Source: Thermodesulfobacteriota bacterium
GTDB taxonomy: Bacteria; Desulfobacterota; Desulfobacteria; Desulfobacterales; SURF-7
Direction: 5' to 3'
NCBI GenBank assembly: GCA_049320885.1
Contig: JBMORA010000027.1
Span: 67,221 to 131,220, forward strand
DNA: 64,000 nucleotides
Under the pieces are notes generated by a model. That model saw only the letters and a list, made by a program, of their open reading frames with translations. It did not search any database and was not told where the DNA came from. Both the position numbers and the translations under genes were made by a program. Shown one piece after another: positions 27,679 through 38,316 of the stretch; position 1 is the stretch's first letter; every line of letters begins with the position of its first letter.

Positions 27679-29709
27679 CTAGTTGCTGTCGAAATGGGAA
27701 AAATGCATGGTGAACGTTCCGCGTCCCTGGGTGGCGGATCGCAAGGATGTGGAATACCCGAACATCCGGGAGAGGGGCACCACCGCCTTGATCAGCTGGA
27801 TGCCGGTTTTGGGATGGATGGACTCGATTTTCCCCTTGCGCGCATTCAAATCCCCGATCACTTCTCCCATGAACGTCTCCGGAACGAATATCTCCACATC
27901 CATAATGGGCTCCAGAAGATAGGGTCCGCCCTTGGACAGGGCCTCCTTGCAGGCCATGGACGCGCTCACCTTGTACGCCAGGGGCGTACCCTGGGAGTCC
28001 TTGTAGGACCCACCCACCAGGGTCGCCGCCACATCCACCACCGGGTATCCCATCAACGATCCGCTTTCGAAAGACTCCATGACGCCGGCCTGGATGGCGG
28101 GGATAAAACTTTCCGGTATCGCCTCGGGGGCCGCAACGGAAGTAAATTGATTTCCGGAACCCCTGGGCAGGGGACGCAACCGGAGGGAAACTTCCCCGAA
28201 ATGCTTCTGCCCGCCGACCTCGCGGTCGAACACCATGGTGGCTTCGGATTCCGCGGCAATGGTTTCGCGATACACCACCTGGGGTTTGCCCACATTCACG
28301 CTGGTATTGAACTCCCGCTGCATCCGGCTGATGATGATCTCCAGGTGCAGTTCCCCCATACCGGACAGAATGGTCTGCCCGGTATCCTCATCCTCCTTGA
28401 CCTGCAGGGTGGGGTCTTCGGCCATGAACTTTTCCAGCACCTGTTTCAGTTTTTCCTGGTCGCCATGGGTTTTGGGTTCCACGGCCATGGAAATCACCGG
28501 CTCGTAGAATTCCATTTTCTCCAGCAGCACCGGCCGGTCCATACTGCACAGGGTTTCGCCGGTGGAGGAATCCTTGAGTCCGACCACGCCGACAATGCTG
28601 CCGGCGCCGGCTTCCTCGATCCGCTCTTTTTTATTGGCATGCATTTTCAGGATACGGGAAAGCTTTTCCCTGGTCTTCCGGGCCGGATTGTAAACCTCCT
28701 CGCCGGCCTTCATCCGGCCGCTGTAAACCCGGACAAAGGACAGCTTGCGACCCTCCATCATGGCGACCTTGAAAATCAGCGCCGTGAACGGGCCGGTCTC
28801 CCGGGCCTCACAGGTAACCACGGCACCCGTTTCCGGATGGACGCCCTTGATGGGCGGCACTTCCAACGGACTCGGCAAAAATGCGGCGATGGCGTCCAGC
28901 AGCGGCTGGATACCCTTGTTCTTCAAGGCGCTGCCGCATAGAACCGGAACCAGCTTCAGGGAAACGGTGGCCCGCCGGATGCTGTCCAGCAACTTTTCCC
29001 TGGAGATGGGGTTTTCGGCCAGATAGTCTTCCATGATGCCGTCGTCGAAATCCGCCAGGGTTTCGATCATCCTGTCCCGATATTTTCGGGCCAGCTCCGT
29101 CTGCTCTTCCGGAATATCACGCGTGGCGTATTGGGCGCCCAATGAATCGTCATCCCAATAGATTTCCCGATTTTCAATCAGATCGATCACCCCGGAAAAT
29201 CGGTCCTCGATCCCCACGGGCAGCTGCAGAATCAGGGGCAGGGCATTGAGGCGGGTCTTCATCATCTCCACGGTGCCGAAAAAATCAGCTCCCACCCGGT
29301 CCATTTTATTGATAAAACCGATTTTGGGCACCGCGTATTTGTCGGCCTGGCGCCAGACCGTTTCCGATTGGGGTTCCACCCCGCCCACGGCGCAAAACAC
29401 GCCGATGGCGCCGTCCAGGACCCGCAGGGAACGTTCCACCTCGATGGTGAAATCCACATGGCCCGGGGTATCGATGAGCTGGATATCGTGGTCCTTCCAC
29501 TGGCAGGTGGTTACCGCGGAGGTGATGGTGATGCCCCGTTCCTGTTCGTCCGGCATCCAGTCCATCACCGCTTCACCGTCATGCACCTCACCGATTTTAT
29601 GGGACTTGCCGGTATAATACAAAATCCGTTCCGTCACCGTGGTCTTGCCGGCGTCGATATGCGCGATAATTCCTATATTTCTGATCTGATTGATTCTGCT
29701 CTTCTTCAT
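27679..29709 (-). CDS. fusA: Elongation factor G paralog (stand-alone, divergent domain IV)
   Basis: [45 protein letters not shown]. Confidence 0.92.
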   Translation of the reverse strand: MKKSRINQIRNIGIIAHIDAGKTTVTERILYYTGKSHKIGEVHDGEAVMDWMPDEQERGITITSAVTTCQWKDHDIQLIDTPGHVDFTIEVERSLRVLDGAIGVFCAVGGVEPQSETVWRQADKYAVPKIGFINKMDRVGADFFGTVEMMKTRLNALPLILQLPVGIEDRFSGVIDLIENREIYWDDDSLGAQYATRDIPEEQTELARKYRDRMIETLADFDDGIMEDYLAENPISREKLLDSIRRATVSLKLVPVLCGSALKNKGIQPLLDAIAAFLPSPLEVPPIKGVHPETGAVVTCEARETGPFTALIFKVAMMEGRKLSFVRVYSGRMKAGEEVYNPARKTREKLSRILKMHANKKERIEEAGAGSIVGVVGLKDSSTGETLCSMDRPVLLEKMEFYEPVISMAVEPKTHGDQEKLKQVLEKFMAEDPTLQVKEDEDTGQTILSGMGELHLEIIISRMQREFNTSVNVGKPQVVYRETIAAESEATMVFDREVGGQKHFGEVSLRLRPLPRGSGNQFTSVAAPEAIPESFIPAIQAGVMESFESGSLMGYPVVDVAATLVGGSYKDSQGTPLAYKVSASMACKEALSKGGPYLLEPIMDVEIFVPETFMGEVIGDLNARKGKIESIHPKTGIQLIKAVVPLSRMFGYSTSLRSATQGRGTFTMHFSHFDSN

Positions 29710-30299
29710 CTCACCAGCACCATGTCGGCCGAATGGGCTGCGACAAGATCGACATGCCCCGCCAAAGTGACCGCTTCCCGCCCGTTGATCAGTATCTTGA
29801 CCCGCGTGATTTCCGGAACATTCAACACCAGGGAATTGACGATGGAAAAAACCGTCAGATACTCCGTGGTCACTCCTCCCGGATGATCCTCGCCCACCGC
29901 TTCGGATAGATCCACATAGGAAACACCCTCGTTCGAGAGGTAGAAACCGTTCAGAACCGTTCGTTCGGGAAGGGTCCGGACAAGACCCTTGGTCGGTCCA
30001 TGGATCAACGCCTCCACGATGCGCCGCCCCAGGGAGGCGGCGTCGTCGGAATGCCGCAACAGTTGCTCCTCCGTTTTCAGGCAGGAATTTCCCGCATCAC
30101 CGAAATACAGCTTGACCCGCGTTTCCCTCTGGTCCAGATGAAGGCCCGACCGGATCCGGCCGACAACCTTTCGGCCCGGGATGGCTGTTGTCAAAAGGGT
30201 TTCCTCCACCGGCCTGCTGATGACCAGATAGACACCGACACCGGCGCCCAGCAAACCGATAACAACGGAAATCCCCGCCCACATCAATATACGGCGCAT
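29706..30299 (-). CDS. GerMN domain-containing membrane-anchored protein
   Basis: N-terminal TM; VKLYF, EALIHGP, YVDLS, SIVNSL, VKILING, TLAGHVD. Confidence 0.8.
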   Translation of the reverse strand: MRRILMWAGISVVIGLLGAGVGVYLVISRPVEETLLTTAIPGRKVVGRIRSGLHLDQRETRVKLYFGDAGNSCLKTEEQLLRHSDDAASLGRRIVEALIHGPTKGLVRTLPERTVLNGFYLSNEGVSYVDLSEAVGEDHPGGVTTEYLTVFSIVNSLVLNVPEITRVKILINGREAVTLAGHVDLVAAHSADMVLVR

Positions 30300-30583
30300 C
30301 CCTGATCCTCAAATCGTGCAGCGCGGCCGAAGATGGTTTTCAAGACGCCCGGGTCGCTCTTTTTTCCTGTCGTTTTCCCAAGGCGCTTCCATCGCCCGGT
30401 TGCGGCGATCCAACCGTCACGCGTCAAAGGATTTGAATTTTTATGCCAAAGAGCGGGGGATGTCAAGAAGGAAGCGGGACCGGTAAAATGAAAACACTTG
30501 TAAAAAGAAAAAATTGTCGTAATATGATATTCTTTGTATTTCATTGGCGGAAGTAATGAACCAGCGGAAAGTCCGACCGATAG

Positions 30584-32242
30584 ATGAGCAGACACGTTTC
30601 CAGTGAGAAAAATGCGGCGCTTGTGGCGGATTGGCAGGCGTTGCGCCGGATCTTCCTGAGACCGGAAAATGACGCTGCCCGGGCCACTCTGTTGAAATAC
30701 ATGGAGCAGATTCTTTTCGGGCTCCATGATTTTTTAAAAGAGCATGTGGGCATCACGGAAGAAGCCAGCCTGAAAAACCTGGCGGATCGCCATGTAAAGA
30801 CCCGCATCGGCAAACATCCTGAAAAAAAATTGGCCGCGGTCATCACGGATCTGGTCCAGAATATCGCCCCCCATGCGGTCAACGTCGCCTCACCGTATTT
30901 TGTCGGCCACATGACCTCCGCGATACCCTTTTTCATGGTGCATCTGAAAACCATCGTGGCCGCGCTGAATCAAAACGTGGTCAAACTGGAAACATCCAAA
31001 GTGGTTTCCATAGTCGAAAAACAAGTCCTGGCCAAGCTGCACCGGCTGATCTATGACCGCAGCGAATCCTTCTACAATACCCATGTTCAGAACACCCACA
31101 CCACCCTGGGAGCCTTTGTGGAAGGCGGCACGACGGCCAACCTGACCGCCCTCTGGGTGGCCCGCAATACCCTGCTGGCGCCGAAAAAAGGCTTCCGGGG
31201 CATTGAAAAAGAGGGGCTTTCGGCCGCCTACGCCGCCTATGATCTCCAGCGCTGCGTGGTGCTGGTTTCCAGACGCGGCCATTATTCCCTGCGCAAGGCC
31301 GGCGGTCTGCTGGGAATCGGCAATGAAAACGTCATCGCCGTGGATGTGGATAAACATCACCGCATCGACACCCTGCAATTGCGGAAACAGATCGACGCGC
31401 TTCTCGCGGAGGGACGCACCCGGATAATGGCCGTGATCGGCATCGCCGGAACCACCGAAACCGGTTCCGTTGATCCCCTGCGGGAACTGGCCGGAATCTG
31501 CCGGGAGCACGGCATCCATTTCCATGTGGATGCCGCCTGGGGCGGTCCGGTGCTCATGTCGGAAAAATACCGACATCTCCTGGACGGTATCGAACTGGCC
31601 GACTCCGTCACCATCGACGGCCACAAACAGTTTTACATGACCATGGGTTGCGGCATGGTGTATTTTAAAAACCCCCGCAAAATGGATGCCATCGCCTATC
31701 ATGCCAATTATGTCAATCGCCCCGGTTCCGTGGACCTGGGCATCAAATCCCTGGCCGGCACCCGGGAGGCCAACTCCCTGGTGATGGATTGCGCCCTCAA
31801 AATCATGGGAACCCAGGGCTATGCGCTTCTTCTGGAACACGGCATTGAACTGGCCAAACAATTCGCAGCTGAAATCAGTCGACGGCCGCTTTTCCAGCTG
31901 GTCACCGCACCCACGCTGAACATCCTCACCTACCGCATCTGTCCGCCCCAGATGCAGAAAGAGTTGTACAGCGGCCCCGGAACCCTCCGGAAAAACGTCA
32001 ACAAGACCCTCAACGCCATCAATCGAACCGTCCAGCGCATCCAACGGGAAGCCGGGCGCAGCTTCGTCTCGCGCACCACCTTGAACCGCCGGTCTCCGGA
32101 TGCCGAAATCGTGGTGCTGCGCGTGGTGCTGATGAACCCCATGACGGATATCGCCATCCTGAACGACATCCTGGACGAACAGGAAGCAATCTACCGTTCC
32201 CGTTTTTCCCAGCATGACGGATTCCAGGCCGATCCGGAATAA
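30584..32242 (+). CDS. panP: PLP-dependent (group II) aspartate 1-decarboxylase, PanP-type
   Basis: FVGHMTSAIP, LNQNVVKLETSK, GGTTANLTALWVARN, HYSLRKA, GTTETG, HVDAAWGG, DGHKQ, FVSRT. Confidence 0.8.
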   Translation: MSRHVSSEKNAALVADWQALRRIFLRPENDAARATLLKYMEQILFGLHDFLKEHVGITEEASLKNLADRHVKTRIGKHPEKKLAAVITDLVQNIAPHAVNVASPYFVGHMTSAIPFFMVHLKTIVAALNQNVVKLETSKVVSIVEKQVLAKLHRLIYDRSESFYNTHVQNTHTTLGAFVEGGTTANLTALWVARNTLLAPKKGFRGIEKEGLSAAYAAYDLQRCVVLVSRRGHYSLRKAGGLLGIGNENVIAVDVDKHHRIDTLQLRKQIDALLAEGRTRIMAVIGIAGTTETGSVDPLRELAGICREHGIHFHVDAAWGGPVLMSEKYRHLLDGIELADSVTIDGHKQFYMTMGCGMVYFKNPRKMDAIAYHANYVNRPGSVDLGIKSLAGTREANSLVMDCALKIMGTQGYALLLEHGIELAKQFAAEISRRPLFQLVTAPTLNILTYRICPPQMQKELYSGPGTLRKNVNKTLNAINRTVQRIQREAGRSFVSRTTLNRRSPDAEIVVLRVVLMNPMTDIAILNDILDEQEAIYRSRFSQHDGFQADPE

Positions 32243-32278
32243 AGCGGCACCCTGTGCTCCGGATGGTGCGGGATGGGT

Positions 32279-32307
32279 TTGACATCCCCCGGCCCGTCGG
32301 TTATAAA
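32279..32307 (+). promoter_or_regulatory. sigma70-like promoter for the gene at 32400
   Basis: TTGACA-17 nt-TATAAA. Confidence 0.55.
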
Positions 32308-32399
32308 TCAATCAATCTGTATCCTGTTACCGGCAGGGGAGACACCGGAAGGAACCGGAAGCCGGAAAGCCGATCACCACCTGGAGGAGTCAGCGAACC

Positions 32400-32846
32400 A
32401 TGGGAAAACATACCGAGAAATACCATTTCGTCATCGTCCCCGCCCTTGTCTGCCTGCTGGGGATTCTGATCACGGCGCCCGCCGCCTTGGCTGAAAAATA
32501 TACCCGAGACAACCGTTGTGGAGACAACAAAATAACGGTTGTCAGCGGCTTTGCCAAAAATGTGGGATTCAAGGATATCGACCAGGTGGTCGTGGCCACC
32601 GTGCCGGCCGGAAAAAAATTCATCCTGACGGACGTCGTGGCGGACAGGTCGGTGAGAACCTTCAGCTTCTCGATTTCCGACAAGATCAGCCTGAGTATCA
32701 ATATCAATGAATACAAGGTGGACCAAAGCCCGGCCTGGCATTTCAATTCCGGGATACCGTTCAAGGCCGGGGAAAAAGTGGTGGTCAGCAAAGTGGATGG
32801 GTCCGGAAACGTTTTCATCTCCGGCTACCTGGTGGACGATAAATAG
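32400..32846 (+). CDS. Secreted beta-rich hypothetical protein
   Basis: GGAGGAG RBS, signal peptide ending AALA, beta-strand-rich mature part (TVPAGKKFILTDV...SGIPF...ISGYLVD). Confidence 0.7.
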   Translation: MGKHTEKYHFVIVPALVCLLGILITAPAALAEKYTRDNRCGDNKITVVSGFAKNVGFKDIDQVVVATVPAGKKFILTDVVADRSVRTFSFSISDKISLSININEYKVDQSPAWHFNSGIPFKAGEKVVVSKVDGSGNVFISGYLVDDK

Positions 32847-32848
32847 CC

Positions 32849-33601
32849 TTATTTCTCCGCCGCGGTCCCGTCTTTGGTTTCCCGCGGTTCGATGGTCAGA
32901 AGCTCCACCTCGAAAATCAGGGTTTCATTGGCTTTGACTTCCCCCCTGGGGCCCGCCTGCCTTTCCCCATAGGCCAGCTGCGGCGGCAAAAAAATCCGAT
33001 AGATGCTGCCCACCGGCATGAGCTGGAGAGCTTCGGACCACCCGGGCAAAACAGCATTGACCGGCACAACGGTGGGTTTATTCCGGTTGTAGGAATTATC
33101 GTATTCCTTGCCGTCTATTTTCATGGCCCGGTATTGAACGCTGACGCGGTCATCGGCCGTTGGGACGGGGCCGTTTCCCTGGAGCAGGATTTCATACTGA
33201 AGTCCGCTGGCCGTGGTCTTGATCCCGCTTTTTTTCCGGTTCTCCGCAAGAAACGCCGTCCCGGCCGCCAGGTTGCGCTCCGCGACCTCCTTCGCTTCCC
33301 GTTCCCAGGCGGCGCGTTCCCCGTCGGCGATCCGCTTTTTCACTTCCGCCGCTTCCCGGGGCGTCAGCAGGGGCGTTTTTTCCCGGAAGCCGTCTTCCAC
33401 GCCTTTCAGGAAAACCGCCATATCGATCCGGGTGCGCAGTCCTTTCTTGAGGGCCGTGGCCACATCGAGCCCCATGACATAGCTGAATTTCTGGGAATCC
33501 GTTTCCAGGTTCGTCACGGGTTGTTTTCCATTTTCTTCCGCCGCGCAGGTGACGGCCGTCAGCAGCAAGGCAATCGCGATCGGCGCGATATGGCGTTTCA
33601 T
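32849..33601 (-). CDS. FKBP-type peptidyl-prolyl isomerase (FkpA/Mip-like)
   Basis: Signal peptide, SYVMG, FLAEN, TASGLQYE, VLPGWSEALQLM, PPQLAYG, LIFEVELL. Confidence 0.92.
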   Translation of the reverse strand: MKRHIAPIAIALLLTAVTCAAEENGKQPVTNLETDSQKFSYVMGLDVATALKKGLRTRIDMAVFLKGVEDGFREKTPLLTPREAAEVKKRIADGERAAWEREAKEVAERNLAAGTAFLAENRKKSGIKTTASGLQYEILLQGNGPVPTADDRVSVQYRAMKIDGKEYDNSYNRNKPTVVPVNAVLPGWSEALQLMPVGSIYRIFLPPQLAYGERQAGPRGEVKANETLIFEVELLTIEPRETKDGTAAEK

Positions 33602-33823
33602 CCGGCACTCCCTTTTTATTATTTTTGAACCATCTGGATGCATCCTGTCTGGCTTGCCGGGTCTATTCCGTCGAATCTATATTTTCCGGCCCTCCCGCGG
33701 CATGGCGTTACCTGTATCACGTTTACCTTGATTAGGCAAACGCTGATCCGGATTCGTTTCCAGGTGGCGGGTGCGCTATTTCGCAAGCAACCGCCCTGGC
33801 TGTGGCGCCAAGACACAAGCGGA

Positions 33824-36800
33824 TCAATCGATTTTCCAGATGATCTGCTGGGCACCGCCCGGCGGGCCGGGTATATCGGAAGACGCGCCCTCCGCTCCGG
33901 CCTCGTCCCCCTGTTCCCCTGCGCCGACAATGCGGCCGCCGGCGCTCACAAAGGCGGCTGCATGCCCTTCGCGGGTGATGATGCGCACGCCGGAGGGAAT
34001 GCGGCTGTTCTCCACAAGGGTATGGGTATCCTGCACATTGTTCGCATCGGTGCCGTCTAGCACGGGTTCGTGGACCCGGTCCATGTTCATGGCCGCCTTG
34101 CCGAAGGAATATTCCAGGCCGTAGATCCGGGCGTTGCCCTTGGGGTTGCAGGGATCGCCGAACACCGGTTGATAGGTTGTGAAAAAGACATTGCTGTAAA
34201 ACAGCGTGACCGCGCTCAGCACCATTTCCGCAGTATGGTCGGTTCCGTCCTGGGTGCAATCGCCGATCCCGCCCATCACCTTGTACCAGCCCCGGGCCTT
34301 CTCGCCGGTGACCGGATAGTCGGTATCGCCGTACATGATATCGTGGAGTTCTTCCTTCGCGGTATTGTCGGCGGCTCCCAGGCTGCCGTTCAGATCCACG
34401 TCGGCATAGTCGTCCAGCTCGTCGCAGGTCAGGTTCAGCAGGTCGGTTTCATCCGCCGGAGTGCCGGTATCGGCCACCGCGTAAAAGCGGTTGTCGTAAC
34501 TGGGAATATACCGGGGATGCTCCCGGTCGCCGGTTCCGTAGTAAAGCATGGGGTAATCGGTCCAATCGCATCCGTAATAGGATACATCCGGGGAGTAGAA
34601 GGCCTTGCGCCCCTTGTCCGCCGGATTCAGGGCCGCCGGGCCGCTGAGGGCCTCCACCGCATTGTCCTGATTGGAGCCCGGGTTGGCGCTGAACACCCGG
34701 GAGAGCAGCCACTGGTCGGCCCGCAAGTAATCATGGGACACCTTCCAGACCGTGCCGTAAATATCGGTGATATAGACCAAAAGGCCCTGGTTGGTCTCGA
34801 TCACCGTGGGGTCCGCGGGAAAACAGAATTTCATGTCGTTATCCGTCTGGCTCGTTCCCGTCAACAGATCCGCCGCATCATAGGTGGCTTTAAACCGCAG
34901 ACTGCCGTCGGACAGGTTCACCACGAAAATGCCCCGGCCCTTTCCGTTCATGGTCGGGTTATAATAGTCGTAACTGCCGTTCCGATTGGCGTCGGTGTAG
35001 GTTTCGGTCCCGGAATTGAAAACGCCGTTGCCGTTGTCGTCCGTCCAGGGCTCCGGGTAATTGTCCTCCTGATTGTCATACCCGCCGCCGAACACCACCA
35101 CGTCGGTGGTGTTTCGGATGTTGGCGCCGGTCTGGATCCTGGCCACCATGGGTTTGGACCAGCTATGGCCGAGTTCGTGGAAATCCCCGCCCACGCCGCC
35201 TTGAATCCGCCATTTGACCGTCCAGTTGGCCGGGTTCGGATCGGTCACGTCCAGGGCCCAGTAACTGCGGCCGCCCCGGCGCTGGCCGAAAACCAGGGTC
35301 TGATGGGTGTATTCGCCGCTGTCCATGACCCCGTCGCCGTTGCTGTCGTGGAACGTCCGGGAACGGTGCACCACCGCCGATCCGTCCAGATAGTATTTAT
35401 GCACCGACGGATCGGCAAAATTCTTCAGCTCGCCCAACAGGTCGCCGGGAATGAAGGCCCAGACCTCGCTGCCCGGGGGATAGACAACCCCGCCGATGGT
35501 GGTGTCGGCGCTGGAGGCGGAATCCGCGTCATCCACGAAGACGTGAAGCATACCGTCATTGGCGCCGATGACCAGTAGGCGGTGCAGGATGGCGAAATTC
35601 TCATCAAAATAATCGACCACCAAGGGTTCGGAATGAATCATGTCGCCCAGAATCCACTCCCGCTTGCCCAGGGGTTTGCCGTCGGTGGCCTCCGAGTAGG
35701 TTCCCGGGTCGCCGTCGGCGTCGCCGGCTGAGTAGGTATAGCCATACACATAGTTGATGATCTTGTCCCGCAGGTTGTTGTTGGCCACCCCGAGATCTTC
35801 CTTGGTGATGGTGTCCGCCTGGCCGGCGTTGCCGTCCCGAAAGAAGCGCACCATGTCCGTGGATACGGCAGGATCCTTGCAAGTATATATATTCCGGAAA
35901 TCGTAATACGGTCCGGCGGCCATGCTGACAGTGGAAAAATTCATCATCAGAACTTCGCCCGCGCCGCCGGCGCTCACGTCGCCGCCATCCGTTGTCGTGG
36001 ACCAGTGGGATACGGAATTGGCTTTGAACTGCCCGCTGCATTCGGTGGCATTGTCGCCATTTTGATCAACCACCACCCATTCCGGATCGGGGCGGCCGCA
36101 ATCGCTTCTGTCCTTCCATTGCAGGCCGTATTTTTTCAGGTTGCCGCGCCAGCTTTCGCCTTCCTCCGGCAGCGAAAAAGCCATGTACAGACTTTCGCCG
36201 CTCTGGGTGCGGTTACTTTGGTCCACGGACACCACCGGCACCGTGAAGGATACGGCGGATGATATGACCGTTCCCAGACGCTGAAAGGCGTTGATCAGCT
36301 GCGGCCGGTTGTAAGCCGAAAGATAGACACCGTTACCGGAAGCGGCGACATCGCCCAGCAGGGGATTGTCTAGGCCGAAGCCGATGACATGCAGGGAATG
36401 TTTCCAGCTGGCCTGGTGAAACATCCAGTGGGCCGCGTCATCGGCATGGTCGCCTCCCGGCCAGTTGTCTCCGTCACCGTAACTGGCACAGCCGCCATAG
36501 CCGGATGCGCAGAAACCGAAAGTCGGATTCGGATACGCGGCGGCCTCGGCATCATTGATCCGGCTCCAATCGGAATCCACGGTGGTATCGCCAGCGGCGG
36601 AACCATCGGTCATCAGCAGAAGGTAATTCCGGGCGCAGGCGGCGCCATCCCTCCTTTCGTCCAGATACAGCTTGTCACTGTTGTAGGCATCCTGGATGGC
36701 GGCGCCCATGGAACCGCCGCCGGCCTGGAGACCGGATATCCGCTCCATGATCGTGTCGAAAGCCGTGCCCAGGGGGGCCAGAACGGCGGCGCCGCTGATC

Positions 36801-37888
36801 CCGCCGGATATGGTCAGACCCCAATGGATGGTGCCCCGGTTTTCCGCCACCACCTGTCTTATGACGGCCTTGACGGTATCCAGGCGGGATTGAATCTTCC
36901 CTCCCGCACCTTCGCCGACACAGTAGCTGCTGCGCCAGGCCTTATACCGGTCCACGGGGTAGGCCCCTTCCGCGGTACAACCTTCCAATTCAGGAGCAAC
37001 ATGAAAATCCTCCACCAATTTGAGAAAATTGATCCAGTTTCCAGTGGCAAACACATAGATCCGCCTGCCGGCGCATAATTCGGCGCCGTCGCTTTCGGCG
37101 GTGAATTCCAGGGCTGCTCCGGATTTTTCGAACAGACCGGAAAAATAAAACCCACCGGCTTTGAGCATACCCCGGAAACCCCGATCGAGGGATTCCCCGG
37201 TTTCGGATTCCCTGATCACCTCCGTGGCTGCAATATCCCGGAAATTGGGCAAGACCGCCCCCTTGACCGTCGACGGCACGGCGACGGAGTTGCCGTCCAT
37301 ATCCCGGAGTTCGCCGGTGGGAAACAACACCTTGCCGTCGGCGTTGGTTTCGATGGTGTCCATATCCGTCACATCCCACCAGACATTGGCGCGGCTCCTT
37401 GCCGGAATGACGGCGTGACGCAAGAACGGCAGACGCTTGTTGGCGACCGGGTCGGTTTCCGAACCGATGTTTTGCAAGACATCGCCGATGACGGCCGCAT
37501 GGCGCTGCCCGCCGTCGGAATCCGTATAGGGTACAATCCGGTACTCCACGCAGGTGCTCACCAGATATATCCGGTCCGGGTCCAGACGGTCGTAGTCCGC
37601 GCCTTCCCCATCGCTGTCCCACCAGGAGGAGCCGTTGCGACCGTGGTTTTCGTCATAGGCCAGGTTTTCATCGATCATCCATTTCATGAGGGCGCCGTAC
37701 TGAATGGCTTCATCATATACAGGCCAGCTCATGCTGCCGGAAGCATCCACGACCATCATGGCGTTGTTCTTGACGGAGGACCGATGGACATCCAGATCCT
37801 CCGCCGCGGCATCGAAAAAAATCACCAATGGAATCAAGCAGCTCACAAGCGCTGTCTGCATTTTTCTTTTGGCAATCGCATTCTTCAT
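33824..37888 (-). CDS. pilY1: PilY1/PilC type IV pilus tip adhesin (second copy, pilY1-2)
   Basis: Signal peptide, vWA MIDAS DASGS, LMTDG, WRGNLKKY, LGDMIHSEP, GANDGMLHVF, EVWAFIP, beta-propeller C-terminus. Confidence 0.88.
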   Translation of the reverse strand: MKNAIAKRKMQTALVSCLIPLVIFFDAAAEDLDVHRSSVKNNAMMVVDASGSMSWPVYDEAIQYGALMKWMIDENLAYDENHGRNGSSWWDSDGEGADYDRLDPDRIYLVSTCVEYRIVPYTDSDGGQRHAAVIGDVLQNIGSETDPVANKRLPFLRHAVIPARSRANVWWDVTDMDTIETNADGKVLFPTGELRDMDGNSVAVPSTVKGAVLPNFRDIAATEVIRESETGESLDRGFRGMLKAGGFYFSGLFEKSGAALEFTAESDGAELCAGRRIYVFATGNWINFLKLVEDFHVAPELEGCTAEGAYPVDRYKAWRSSYCVGEGAGGKIQSRLDTVKAVIRQVVAENRGTIHWGLTISGGISGAAVLAPLGTAFDTIMERISGLQAGGGSMGAAIQDAYNSDKLYLDERRDGAACARNYLLLMTDGSAAGDTTVDSDWSRINDAEAAAYPNPTFGFCASGYGGCASYGDGDNWPGGDHADDAAHWMFHQASWKHSLHVIGFGLDNPLLGDVAASGNGVYLSAYNRPQLINAFQRLGTVISSAVSFTVPVVSVDQSNRTQSGESLYMAFSLPEEGESWRGNLKKYGLQWKDRSDCGRPDPEWVVVDQNGDNATECSGQFKANSVSHWSTTTDGGDVSAGGAGEVLMMNFSTVSMAAGPYYDFRNIYTCKDPAVSTDMVRFFRDGNAGQADTITKEDLGVANNNLRDKIINYVYGYTYSAGDADGDPGTYSEATDGKPLGKREWILGDMIHSEPLVVDYFDENFAILHRLLVIGANDGMLHVFVDDADSASSADTTIGGVVYPPGSEVWAFIPGDLLGELKNFADPSVHKYYLDGSAVVHRSRTFHDSNGDGVMDSGEYTHQTLVFGQRRGGRSYWALDVTDPNPANWTVKWRIQGGVGGDFHELGHSWSKPMVARIQTGANIRNTTDVVVFGGGYDNQEDNYPEPWTDDNGNGVFNSGTETYTDANRNGSYDYYNPTMNGKGRGIFVVNLSDGSLRFKATYDAADLLTGTSQTDNDMKFCFPADPTVIETNQGLLVYITDIYGTVWKVSHDYLRADQWLLSRVFSANPGSNQDNAVEALSGPAALNPADKGRKAFYSPDVSYYGCDWTDYPMLYYGTGDREHPRYIPSYDNRFYAVADTGTPADETDLLNLTCDELDDYADVDLNGSLGAADNTAKEELHDIMYGDTDYPVTGEKARGWYKVMGGIGDCTQDGTDHTAEMVLSAVTLFYSNVFFTTYQPVFGDPCNPKGNARIYGLEYSFGKAAMNMDRVHEPVLDGTDANNVQDTHTLVENSRIPSGVRIITREGHAAAFVSAGGRIVGAGEQGDEAGAEGASSDIPGPPGGAQQIIWKID

Positions 37889-38047
37889 GGGTACGGCCTT
37901 TCCGAGGATGTCGCTACCCCCTTATCGGACAACGAGTTGAAAATAATCATGGGATCAACCAGCAGACCGGGGAACAGCCGCCGATTCATGCCGGGTCGAT
38001 CCATCCTGCCCGCTATTTTTGGAAGGTGGGTAAAAAACGATGAAACG

Positions 38048-38121
38048 GTAACAAGCTCTTTTCAGGTCGGACGCCTGAAAACCTCGGCGGAACATATGGA
38101 TACAGGATGTGAACTTGTTAC
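38048..38121 (-). other. Nested inverted-repeat element upstream of pilY1-2
   Basis: Outer 11-nt arms GTAACAAGTTC/GAGCTTGTTAC (one G-U pair on the minus strand) enclosing a perfect 8-bp hairpin TTTTCAGG/CCTGAAAA. Confidence 0.5.
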
Positions 38122-38220
38122 GCGACTGTCGAAATGCTGCCTGAACGGTGGGATAATACGTCCATTCGCTGTATCGCCATCCTTACTTCATTTTTGCATT
38201 CATTGCAACAAGCACCGGGT

Positions 38221-38258
38221 AAAAAAAAAAGGCCGCGCCCATGTCTGGACGCGGCCTT
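38221..38258 (-). terminator. Intrinsic terminator ending the fimT-pilWVX-pilY1 operon
   Basis: GGCCGCG/CGCGGCC hairpin followed by U10 on the minus strand (A10 at 38221-38230). Confidence 0.85.
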
Positions 38259-38316
38259 GTTGTTGAAGGTGTCTTTTTAGGCAATCAGGTCGATACCGGT
38301 CGCCATTGCCGTTCCG

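Noticed and set aside
38221..38230. A10 homopolymer as a phase-variation tract for pilY1-2
   Set aside because: Fully explained as the U-tract of the adjacent minus-strand terminator
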